Origin: Candidatus Kaiserbacteria bacterium
Lineage (GTDB): Bacteria > Patescibacteriota > Minisyncoccia > Phycocordibacterales > SBAW01
Length of the DNA: 64,000 nucleotides
Reading direction: 5' to 3'
Assembly: GCA_009691465.1 (NCBI GenBank)
Contig: SICK01000001.1
Location: forward strand, 24,705 to 88,704
Shown: one piece after another, positions 27,650-35,694 of the stretch
Position numbering within the stretch: the stretch's first letter is position 1
Layout: each line of letters opens with the position of its first letter
Notes under the pieces: generated by a model
Database searches by the model: none
The model's input: only the letters and a program-made list of their open reading frames with translations
Told to the model about the DNA's origin: nothing
Program-made: the position numbers and the translations under genes

Positions 27650-28267
27650 ATGGGGAAGGCACTCTTAGCCGCCGCGATACTCGCGGGCATCTTCGGCGCA
27701 GGATACTGGCTTTTATTTATGCGCGGTGCACCGGCTCCTGCAGAGCCCGCAGCCGAGGTACCACTGACCACTAACGCACCTACTACACCTATGCAAGCGA
27801 CACTCCACACTAACAAAGGCGATATCACGATTGAGTTTTTTGACGCTGATGCTCCCAACACGGTGGCGAACTTTACCAAACTTGCGCAGGCCGGGTTCTA
27901 TGACGGGACCAAGTTCCACCGCGTCATCAGCAACTTTATGATCCAAGGCGGCGACCCGCTGTCCAAAGACGACTCTGCGGCCGCGCGATGGGGGACCGGC
28001 GGCCCGGGGTACCAGTTTGCCGACGAAATCCGCGCCAACAATCACAACGTGGTGGGCACTATATCGATGGCCAACGCAGGGCCCAACACCAACGGCTCGC
28101 AGTTCTTTATCAACGTGGCGGACAACAGCTTTTTGGACACCAAACACACCACCTTTGGCAAGGTAGTGGCGGGGATGGAGGTGGTCAATGCTATCGCCCA
28201 GACCCCCACCGGGGCTAACGACCGCCCCGTTTCGCCTATAATAATCAACAGTATTAGCCTCAAATAG
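27650..28267 (+). CDS. Peptidyl-prolyl cis-trans isomerase (cyclophilin type), membrane-anchored
   Basis: GFYDGTKFHRVISNFMIQGGDP and SMANAGPNTNGSQFFI. Confidence 0.9.
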   Translation: MGKALLAAAILAGIFGAGYWLLFMRGAPAPAEPAAEVPLTTNAPTTPMQATLHTNKGDITIEFFDADAPNTVANFTKLAQAGFYDGTKFHRVISNFMIQGGDPLSKDDSAAARWGTGGPGYQFADEIRANNHNVVGTISMANAGPNTNGSQFFINVADNSFLDTKHTTFGKVVAGMEVVNAIAQTPTGANDRPVSPIIINSISLK

Positions 28268-28365
28268 GGGAGATTCGCCTCCCTTGTCGGCATAAGTGTT
28301 CCCTTATCCACAGACTTGTGTATCTTGTGTACTTGCAGGGGTAATTTGTGCCCTATACTGTACAC

Positions 28366-29052
28366 ATGCGTTACTACAATCAGTCACTAACGGGCAAGCA
28401 AAAGAGGGTGTTGGACAACATCAGCCTCTACATCAAGGCCAAGGGCGAGCCGCCCACGCTCGACGAACTGCGGCAAAACCTGGGGTTTAAGTCTATACGC
28501 ACCGTCACGCAGTACCTCGAGGCGTTGGAAAAGAAGGGCCACATCATCCGCCGCAAGCATATGCGGCGCAATATTGAGTTGCGTGCGGTAGACGCCGAAG
28601 GTCGCACCGCCATGCTGGTCTCTGTCCCGGTGGTGGCCAACGTGGGGTGCGACGACTTGTCGGTGTTTGCGCAAGAGCAGAACGACGAGTTTTTGCAGGT
28701 GGACAAACAAATTGTCGACGAAGCCTCGGGCGAAATTGTTGCCGTACGCGCCGTGGGCGACTCGATGGCCGACGCGGGGGTCAAAAGCGGCGATTATATT
28801 TTGGTGCAGTTTACCGACAAGGTCAAAAGCGGTGACCGCGTGGCGGCCATCATCGGCGACATGGTCACGGTCAAGCGGCTTGAGCGCCGGCAAGGGGTCA
28901 CTATTTTGTATCCCGAAAGCAAGGACCCCAAGTACAAACCGATTGTATTGAGCGAAAACTTTAAAATCGCCGGGCGTGTGCTCTGCATAATCCCGGCCGC
29001 GGTGGCCGAGCTGGAGGATGTGGTCGCGGTCCCCGACGAAGAATGGCGATGA
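28366..29052 (+). CDS. lexA: LexA-like repressor (S24 peptidase)
   Basis: N-terminal wHTH (TLDELRQNLGFKSIRTVTQYLEALEKKGHI). Ser/Lys dyad context RAVGDSMADAG...VTVKRL. TATACT lies 6 nt before ATG 28366. Confidence 0.85.
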   Translation: MRYYNQSLTGKQKRVLDNISLYIKAKGEPPTLDELRQNLGFKSIRTVTQYLEALEKKGHIIRRKHMRRNIELRAVDAEGRTAMLVSVPVVANVGCDDLSVFAQEQNDEFLQVDKQIVDEASGEIVAVRAVGDSMADAGVKSGDYILVQFTDKVKSGDRVAAIIGDMVTVKRLERRQGVTILYPESKDPKYKPIVLSENFKIAGRVLCIIPAAVAELEDVVAVPDEEWR

Positions 29053-29414
29053 CCGACGAATGGAAAAATAAATTAACCCCGGCACAGTACAAAGTATTGC
29101 GAGAGAAGGGGACCGAGGCCCCGTTTACGGGCGCACTGCTCAAAGAAGCGCGTGACGGCATGTACAAGTGTGTCGCGTGCGGCAACCCGCTTTTTGCATC
29201 GGACACCAAGTTTGACTCGGGGACCGGGTGGCCGAGTTTCGACGAAGCGCTGCCGGGTGCGGTCAAATTTTTGGATGATAGAGGTCAGACAGAAGTAGTG
29301 TGCGCGCAGTGTGGCGGACACTTGGGTCACCTGTTCGACGACGGCCCTACCAAAACCGGCAAGCGGTATTGTCTAAATTCGGTTTGTTTAGAATTTGGAG
29401 AAGGAGAGAAATAG
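29043..29414 (+). CDS. msrB: Peptide-methionine (R)-S-oxide reductase
   Basis: CVACGNPLF...GWPSF...CAQCGGHLGHLFDDGP...RYCLNS. Overlaps lexA by 10 nt. Confidence 0.95.
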   Translation: MAMTDEWKNKLTPAQYKVLREKGTEAPFTGALLKEARDGMYKCVACGNPLFASDTKFDSGTGWPSFDEALPGAVKFLDDRGQTEVVCAQCGGHLGHLFDDGPTKTGKRYCLNSVCLEFGEGEK

Positions 29415-29420
29415 GAGGAA

Positions 29421-29490
29421 AATTTGAAAAGTTCTTTTCTCTGGAGAGATGAACGGGAGCCCTACTCCGACGAAAAGAACTTTTCAAATT
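29421..29490 (+). promoter_or_regulatory. 19-bp perfect inverted repeat in the msrB-helicase intergenic region
   Basis: AATTTGAAAAGTTCTTTTC (29421-39) and its exact reverse complement GAAAAGAACTTTTCAAATT (29472-90), with a 32-nt loop. Confidence 0.6.
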
Positions 29491-29501
29491 TTCCTAAGAT
29501 C

Positions 29502-31106
29502 ATGACACAAGAACAAGCATTACAAATTCTCAAAAGCGGGGCGAATGTCTTTTTGACCGGCGAGCCGGGGGCGGGCAAGACGTATACCATCAACCAGTAC
29601 GTCGCGTGGCTCCGCGAGCGCGGGGTCGAACCCGCTATCACCGCCAGCACCGGCATCGCCGCCACACACGTGGGCGGGATGACCATCCACGCCTGGAGCG
29701 GGATAGGCATACGGCGCGACCTCACCGACTGGGACCTCGAAGCCATGTTGGAGCGCGAGCCTTTGGTGCGCCGGGTGCGCGGCACGCACGTGCTTATCAT
29801 CGATGAGATATCGATGCTCAATGCGCACTTGCTGACCATGGTCGACCGCGCGACGCGCACCCTGCGGGGCAGTGAGCGCCCCTTCGGCGGCCTGCAGGTT
29901 ATTTTTGTGGGAGATTTTTTCCAGCTGCCGCCAATCACGCCTCGTGACCCTGAGCGAAGTCGAGAGGGTACGCTGGATTTTGAACAAGACAGTAAAACCG
30001 GATTTGCATTCGAATCACCCAGCTGGGAGGAAGCCAATCCGCTCTACTGCTATCTCTCCGAGCAACACCGGCAGGAGGATGACGCGTTTTTGGACGTACT
30101 TGGTGCCTTGCGTAGCGGGACCTTTGATATCGCGCACCAGGAGGCACTGCGCAAGCGCGCCTCCGCCAAGCCCCGCGGCGACGAAACCCAACTCTATCCG
30201 CACAACAAAGACGTCGACCGCATCAACGACGAACGGCTTTCAAAGCTCGACGCTCCGGCAAAAGTCTATGCGATGCGCGCCGAGGGCAACAAAAATATTG
30301 TCGAGGCACTGAAGCGCGGTTGCCTTTCGCCCGAGACCCTTGCGCTCAAGGTGGGTGCGTCGGTCATTTTTACGCGCAACAATTTTGACACCGGCTACGT
30401 CAACGGGACGCTGGGGGTGATAGAGGGCTTTGCCGAAAGCGGCTTCCCCCTGGTGCGGACAAGGCAAGGGGCGCTGATAGAGGCGACGCCCGAGGAGTGG
30501 CGCGTCGAGGACCGCGGCCGCGTGCTTGCAAAAATTGTGCAGGTGCCACTCCGGCTTGCGTGGGCTATCACCGTGCACAAAAGCCAGGGGATGAGCCTTG
30601 ATGCGGCAGTGATGGACTTATCGCAGGCGTTCGAATATGGCCAGGGTTACGTCGCGCTCTCGCGGGTGCGCACGCTCGACGGATTGTATCTGTCTGGATT
30701 TAATGAGCGCGCATTGCAGGTGCACCCGGCGATACTGGAGCGCGATGCGCAGTTCCGCGGTGCATCGACCGCGGCACAAGCGGCGTTTGCGCAGATGCCT
30801 GTGCCCGAGCTTGCGGAGCTGCACAAAAAGTTTGTCACCGCTATCGGCGGCAAAGAACCCGTGCCCGGGCAAGCATCAAATTTCAAAGATGCAAATAACA
30901 AACAAGACGGACAAAACCGGCTCGAAAAGATTCGAGAGAAGCACCCCAACGCCTACAAACCCTGGAGCGCCGAGGACGATGCACGACTGACCGAACTCTT
31001 TCGCAATTCCACCAAGACCTCGGCATTGATTAAAGAATTTGGCCGCCACAAAGGCGCGATAGAGTCGCGCTTGATGCGCCTGGGCCTTGTCGAACCGGAT
31101 TTATAA
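29502..31106 (+). CDS. Pif1/RecD-family ATP-dependent DNA helicase with C-terminal HTH-like tail
   Basis: GEPGAGKTY, LIIDEISML, VGDFFQLPPI, ITVHKSQGMSLD. Start set to ATG 29502 because the track TTG 29424 would encode the inverted repeat. Confidence 0.85.
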   Translation: MTQEQALQILKSGANVFLTGEPGAGKTYTINQYVAWLRERGVEPAITASTGIAATHVGGMTIHAWSGIGIRRDLTDWDLEAMLEREPLVRRVRGTHVLIIDEISMLNAHLLTMVDRATRTLRGSERPFGGLQVIFVGDFFQLPPITPRDPERSREGTLDFEQDSKTGFAFESPSWEEANPLYCYLSEQHRQEDDAFLDVLGALRSGTFDIAHQEALRKRASAKPRGDETQLYPHNKDVDRINDERLSKLDAPAKVYAMRAEGNKNIVEALKRGCLSPETLALKVGASVIFTRNNFDTGYVNGTLGVIEGFAESGFPLVRTRQGALIEATPEEWRVEDRGRVLAKIVQVPLRLAWAITVHKSQGMSLDAAVMDLSQAFEYGQGYVALSRVRTLDGLYLSGFNERALQVHPAILERDAQFRGASTAAQAAFAQMPVPELAELHKKFVTAIGGKEPVPGQASNFKDANNKQDGQNRLEKIREKHPNAYKPWSAEDDARLTELFRNSTKTSALIKEFGRHKGAIESRLMRLGLVEPDL

Positions 31107-31192
31107 CTACAACACTAGTTTTGATGAAAGGGGAGTAGGAGGTGTGCGTCATAAGGCATGTGCGAGTGTATTAACCATATCCTTATGTATCT

Positions 31193-31732
31193 ATGAAAAA
31201 CCTTATTAAATTCATCACCGGCGGGGCGTTGGTTGCCTTGATGCTCCCGACACTCGCCCTTGCCAATGAAAACGGGTCTAATGCGGTAAAAGTCCGTGCA
31301 GACCTCCAGACGCGGATAGAGAAGCAGTTCAATCGTATCGAGAAGGGCGACAAGCATGACGTCAAAAAGGACGAGAAAAAGTTTGACCGCGCCACGACCA
31401 CCGCGGCCAACATCACCAAACAAGCCGTGCGCATACAAGGCGCGGTAGACGTGCTTGCGTCGTTTGACGCTCGTCTGCAGACCAACATCGCCAGCTCGAG
31501 CAACGCGGCGGCGCTGACGCTCAAGTACAACGACTACAAGACCGCCGCTACCGGTGCCAAAACAAAGGCCGGCACGGCAATCAGCGGCGCCGCGCAGGTC
31601 AACGCGACAAACAGCACTACGACCAACGCCGCGCTCTTGGCGACTGCCAAGGTAGACCTCAAAGAGTCTAAAGGGTTCTTCCATGATGCCCAGAAGCTGT
31701 TTATGCAGATTCTGCACTCGCTCTGGAACTAA
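31193..31732 (+). CDS. Secreted helical hypothetical protein
   Basis: Signal peptide MKNLIKFITGGALVALMLPTLALA. Low-complexity A/T/K-rich helical body. Confidence 0.55.
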   Translation: MKNLIKFITGGALVALMLPTLALANENGSNAVKVRADLQTRIEKQFNRIEKGDKHDVKKDEKKFDRATTTAANITKQAVRIQGAVDVLASFDARLQTNIASSSNAAALTLKYNDYKTAATGAKTKAGTAISGAAQVNATNSTTTNAALLATAKVDLKESKGFFHDAQKLFMQILHSLWN

Positions 31733-31752
31733 CTTCCCCTCCGCAGTGCATC

Positions 31753-31780
31753 AAAACCCCGCCTTAGGCGGGGTTTTGCG
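31753..31780 (+). terminator. Rho-independent terminator
   Basis: AAAACCCCGCC-TTA-GGCGGGGTTTT. Confidence 0.75.
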
Positions 31781-31795
31781 TTGTATCATAAACAC

Positions 31796-32779
31796 ATGCG
31801 CCCGTTGCTGTATGTGTTTGTGGCCGTAGCTTTTTTTGTGTCTGTCGTGCCCGCGGGCGCGCACGAAGTGTATGTACTCTCGCCGGACACTATTGCGCAC
31901 GACCTCTCTACCCCCTCACCCAACCCCTTCGACTCCTTTGCCACCAACCGATTTCAGTTTTTCTTTTGGGGATTTCTTGCTTTTGTGCTGGTGACCACGG
32001 TCTTCTTTGCCTCTATCACGCACCGGTTCGAGATTTTTTTTGAGCCGTATCTTACGCGTCTGCGGCCGATGGCGCCTGTCGTGGCACGGGTTACGCTGGG
32101 CCTGTGCCTACTTGCAAGCGCCTACAATCACGCACTTTTCGGGCCGGAGCTCCCAATTGAGCAGCTGCAACTCTTTGGGCTTTTTGCATTTTGGGGTTTG
32201 TGGCTCTCGGGTGTGCTTATAGTGCTCGGCATATTTCCGCGCCTCGCGGCGCTGGTCGCGGTCGGTATCTTTGCGGTCGGAACCCTGCAGTGGGGGAGCT
32301 ATATGCTCAACTACGCCAACTATCTCGGCGAGATGGCGGTGGTGTTGCTGCTGGGCTCTGCGGCTATCAGCACCAAACGGCTCGAGCCGTATGCTTTCTT
32401 AATCCTCCGCATCGCCTTTGGCATCTCGGTCATTTTTGCCTCGGTGTATGGCAAGTTTATCCACAGCAACCTTGCACTCTCGACCGTGTCGCAGTACCAC
32501 CTGACAAATTTCTTCCCCTTTGACCCGCTGTTTATTGTGCTCGGCGCATGCATCATCGAGGTAATCATGGGTATCTTCTTTATCATCGGGTTTGAGGTCC
32601 GGCACACGGCGCTGTTCTTTTTGTTTTGGATATTCCTCTCGCTGCTCTACTTCGGCGAGTCGGTCTGGCCGCACATGGTGCTGGTCGGCGTCAACATCGC
32701 GTTGTTTATGTACGGCTACGACCGGTGGACGGTCGAAGGCCGCCTCTTTAACCGCGGCAAGCTTCAACCCTTCTTATGA
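31796..32779 (+). CDS. Hypothetical polytopic membrane protein with signal peptide
   Basis: MRPLLYVFVAVAFFVSVVPAGAHEVYVL followed by about 8 TM helices. ATG 31796 chosen over track TTG 31781. Confidence 0.55.
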   Translation: MRPLLYVFVAVAFFVSVVPAGAHEVYVLSPDTIAHDLSTPSPNPFDSFATNRFQFFFWGFLAFVLVTTVFFASITHRFEIFFEPYLTRLRPMAPVVARVTLGLCLLASAYNHALFGPELPIEQLQLFGLFAFWGLWLSGVLIVLGIFPRLAALVAVGIFAVGTLQWGSYMLNYANYLGEMAVVLLLGSAAISTKRLEPYAFLILRIAFGISVIFASVYGKFIHSNLALSTVSQYHLTNFFPFDPLFIVLGACIIEVIMGIFFIIGFEVRHTALFFLFWIFLSLLYFGESVWPHMVLVGVNIALFMYGYDRWTVEGRLFNRGKLQPFL

Positions 32780-32807
32780 ACAAAGAAAGATATGCTATAG
32801 TCCGCCC

Positions 32808-33527
32808 ATGTTAGTTGCTGTCGCCATAGCCGCATTTTGCTCCACCCTGCTCGGAGGTTTTTTTGCCCTGCGGTTGCGCGACCGCCTGCATTTGATACTC
32901 GGATTTTCTGCCGGCGCGGTGGTGGCGGTCGCATTTTTTGACTTGATACCGGAGGCGCTCGACCTAGGCGCCGGGACATACGAGCCGTCCTCGGTGCTTT
33001 CTGTGGTGGCGCTCGGATTTTTAATCTACCTGGTGCTCGACCGGATGTTACTGATGCACTCGCACGCGGGCGAGGAGCACGGCGCCCATGCCGACCGCGG
33101 GGCGGTGGGGGCGGGGACATTGTCATTGCACAGCTTTTTGGACGGCGTGGGCATTGGGCTCGCGTTTGAGATCAGCACTGCGGTCGGTGTTGTGGTCGCG
33201 GTGGCGGTGCTTGCGCACGACTTTTCTGACGGGATAAACACGGTCAACTTCGTGCTCAAAAACGGCGGCTCGTGGCACAAGGCGTTTCGCTGGCTCTTGC
33301 TCGACGCGCTCGCACCGGTGCTCGGCATCCTCTCCACGCTTTTTTTTGTATTGAGCGCTCCGCAGTTGGCGCTCGCGCTCGCGCTCTTCGGCGGCTTCTT
33401 CCTCTATATCGGCGCGTCCGACCTTATACCCGAAAGTCACCACGCACACCCCACTATCCTTACCACTGCGCTTACCGTCGCCGGTGCGTTGGTGCTCTAC
33501 GTCGTTATCCGTTTGGCCGGGATATAA
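32808..33527 (+). CDS. ZIP family metal (zinc) transporter
   Basis: HSFLDGVGIGLAFE and AHDFSDGINT motifs. TATAGT (32796-801) lies 6 nt before ATG 32808. Confidence 0.85.
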   Translation: MLVAVAIAAFCSTLLGGFFALRLRDRLHLILGFSAGAVVAVAFFDLIPEALDLGAGTYEPSSVLSVVALGFLIYLVLDRMLLMHSHAGEEHGAHADRGAVGAGTLSLHSFLDGVGIGLAFEISTAVGVVVAVAVLAHDFSDGINTVNFVLKNGGSWHKAFRWLLLDALAPVLGILSTLFFVLSAPQLALALALFGGFFLYIGASDLIPESHHAHPTILTTALTVAGALVLYVVIRLAGI

Positions 33528-33534
33528 TAGCAGT

Positions 33535-33741
33535 ATGCAAGAACAACTTGACCGGATGGAGCTAAAGCTGATCGCGCTCGAGGGCAAGCTCGACGCGGTG
33601 TATCAATCGTCCGAAAAGATGCGCAAATACTTTATGTGGACGCTCATCATCACGGTGGGAGCTATCGCTATACCGCTCCTTATACTCCCCGCGGTGATCC
33701 CCGGATTTCTGGCCTCGCAAGGGGTTGGGCTTGGTTTTTAG
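33535..33741 (+). CDS. Small coiled-coil plus TM protein
   Basis: TATAAT (33523-28) lies 6 nt before the ATG. MQEQLDRMELKLIALEGKLDAV...WTLIITVGAIAIPLLILPAVI. Confidence 0.5.
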   Translation: MQEQLDRMELKLIALEGKLDAVYQSSEKMRKYFMWTLIITVGAIAIPLLILPAVIPGFLASQGVGLGF

Positions 33742-33786
33742 GCCGGCGCTTGCACTATTTACAGGGCCGTTATAGGATGGCGCTCT

Positions 33787-34617
33787 ATGAAAAAAACGCT
33801 TATTTTTGGGGCAATTATCGGTATCTTGGCGCCGGCTATGGCTTTGGCCCAGACTGCTAGCACTGGCCTCCTTAGCGTATACGTACAAGTCAGCAACCCG
33901 GTGGGGTCGAGCTACTCGCCGTCTAACTTTCAGGTATTTGTCTCGGGCGGCAACCCCAGCCTCAACAATTTCTCCGGCTCGGTCTCCGGCACACTCGTCA
34001 CGGTAACCCCCGGTCCTTACGCGGTCACTGTCGCCAACCAAAACGGCTTTACTCCGTCGTACTCGGTCGGTTGCAACAGCACCATGTTTGCCGGCGGCAC
34101 CCAGCTGTGTGTCATCACCATGACCGGCGGCACCTATAACCCCGTCATCACATCGTTTCCTATCACCGCGCTCCCGGCGCCGCTTTCGTGCCGCGCCGAG
34201 ACCCCGACCGTCTCTCTCGGACAGACGGCGCGCTTTAGTGTCGTGGGCGGATTGGGCGGCACCTACAACTGGAGCACCGCCTCGCAGAACTTCCCCAACA
34301 TCGGTCCGGTACTCACCACCACCTTCCCCTCGAGCGGGACGCAGACGGTCACGGTGACCAACGCCGGCCAGACCGCCGTCTGTGTCGTTACGGTGCTTAC
34401 GACCTACGCTCCGGTGCAGACCAGCGGCTACAACTACAACGGCTATCAGGGCTACACCAACTACACCTCCACCTACACCGCGGCGCCGTACTTCCCCAAC
34501 ACGGGTTTTGCTCCGGGCAACGGCGCGCAGATGGCTTTTGCAACCGTGCTTCTTATGGGTGCGGCCATCATGAGCTACCCCTATGCACGAAAAGCATTTG
34601 CTATTGCCGTCCGCTAA
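33787..34617 (+). CDS. Secreted surface protein with C-terminal sortase sorting signal (FPNTG)
   Basis: Signal peptide. C-terminus YFPNTG-FAPGNGAQ, a hydrophobic helix, then ARKAFAIAVR. A sortase gene follows. Confidence 0.6.
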   Translation: MKKTLIFGAIIGILAPAMALAQTASTGLLSVYVQVSNPVGSSYSPSNFQVFVSGGNPSLNNFSGSVSGTLVTVTPGPYAVTVANQNGFTPSYSVGCNSTMFAGGTQLCVITMTGGTYNPVITSFPITALPAPLSCRAETPTVSLGQTARFSVVGGLGGTYNWSTASQNFPNIGPVLTTTFPSSGTQTVTVTNAGQTAVCVVTVLTTYAPVQTSGYNYNGYQGYTNYTSTYTAAPYFPNTGFAPGNGAQMAFATVLLMGAAIMSYPYARKAFAIAVR

Positions 34618-35281
34618 GACGGTTGTGCTGGTACAGCGCCCCTCACCCCGATCGGGCGGGCGCTACCTGCGTTACTTTGTAATCGGCGTTGGGTTGCTGT
34701 GCGTCATCGCCGGCGCCGCCGATGTGAGCTCGCGCTTTGCGCGTGCCACCTTCGGCGAGGATGCGGCGTTTGTCGCCTTTGCACCCGCCGTTGCGCTCGA
34801 CAACCGGGTTGCTCCCACAGCAACTTCCACCCCCGGAGTATTGGTGCCTGCGCGTCTGCGCATCCCCGCGCTGGGGGTCAGTGCGGGGGTCGAGGTGGTC
34901 GGCAAAAAGGCCGACGGCAGTATGGGCACGCCAAAAAATTTTGATAACGTTTCGTGGTACTCGCTCGGTTCTAAACCGGGGCAAGCGGGGAGTGCGGTCT
35001 TTGCCGGGCATGTCAATAATGCGCTTATGAAGCCGGGCGTCTTTGAGCACCTCTCCCAGCTGAAGAAAGGGGACTATGTCACGGTGGATGATGCCGAAGG
35101 CCACTCCAAGGTGTACCGCGTCTACTCGGTAGAAACCTACGAGCAGGGCGCTGATACCGCCGCCCTCTTTGCCACTACGGGGGCCGAGCAGCTGGTGCTT
35201 ATCACCTGTGACGGCGATTGGGTGCCCGCCGCAAAGACCTTTGACCGCCGACTGGTGATCGTTGCCCGCCCCGCATACTAG
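34583..35281 (+). CDS. Sortase family transpeptidase
   Basis: N-terminal TM. LRIPALGVSAGV, AVFAGHVN (His), LVLITCDG (TLxTC-type Cys), RLVIVARP (Arg). Confidence 0.85.
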   Translation: MHEKHLLLPSAKTVVLVQRPSPRSGGRYLRYFVIGVGLLCVIAGAADVSSRFARATFGEDAAFVAFAPAVALDNRVAPTATSTPGVLVPARLRIPALGVSAGVEVVGKKADGSMGTPKNFDNVSWYSLGSKPGQAGSAVFAGHVNNALMKPGVFEHLSQLKKGDYVTVDDAEGHSKVYRVYSVETYEQGADTAALFATTGAEQLVLITCDGDWVPAAKTFDRRLVIVARPAY

Positions 35282-35375
35282 TGCTACACTATTTTTGTTC
35301 GAGTAAGTCTCCATGTGCCTTCGGCCGGGAGGGTCGCCTTACGGAGAACAGTAAGTAATTTTGTTTCTCGTAATC

Positions 35376-35627
35376 ATGGCACGCAAACTCTTTGTCGGCG
35401 GACTTCCGTACCGCACGACGGGTGATGAACTCCGCGACGCCTTCGCCCAAGCGGGCGAGGTCGCCACGGCGAGCATCGTGACTGATCGCGAGACCGGCCG
35501 CTCCCGGGGCTTCGGCTTTGTGGAGATGGCAGATGATGCAGGTGCCGACGGAGCCATTGCCATGTGGAATGGCAAAGAGTTCGGCGGACGCATGCTCACG
35601 GTCTCCGACGCCCGCCCGAAAGCATAG
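35376..35627 (+). CDS. RNA-binding protein (single RRM)
   Basis: RNP2 KLFVGGL and RNP1 RGFGFVEM. Confidence 0.9.
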   Translation: MARKLFVGGLPYRTTGDELRDAFAQAGEVATASIVTDRETGRSRGFGFVEMADDAGADGAIAMWNGKEFGGRMLTVSDARPKA

Positions 35628-35641
35628 CTTTCGCGCAGTCC

Positions 35642-35676
35642 AAAAGCCCCGCCTCCCGGCGGGGCTTTTGCTTTTT
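35642..35676 (+). terminator. Rho-independent terminator
   Basis: AAAAGCCCCGCC-TCCC-GGCGGGGCTTTT followed by GCTTTTT. Confidence 0.75.
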
Positions 35677-35694
35677 GCATGGTAAAATTTTTTT

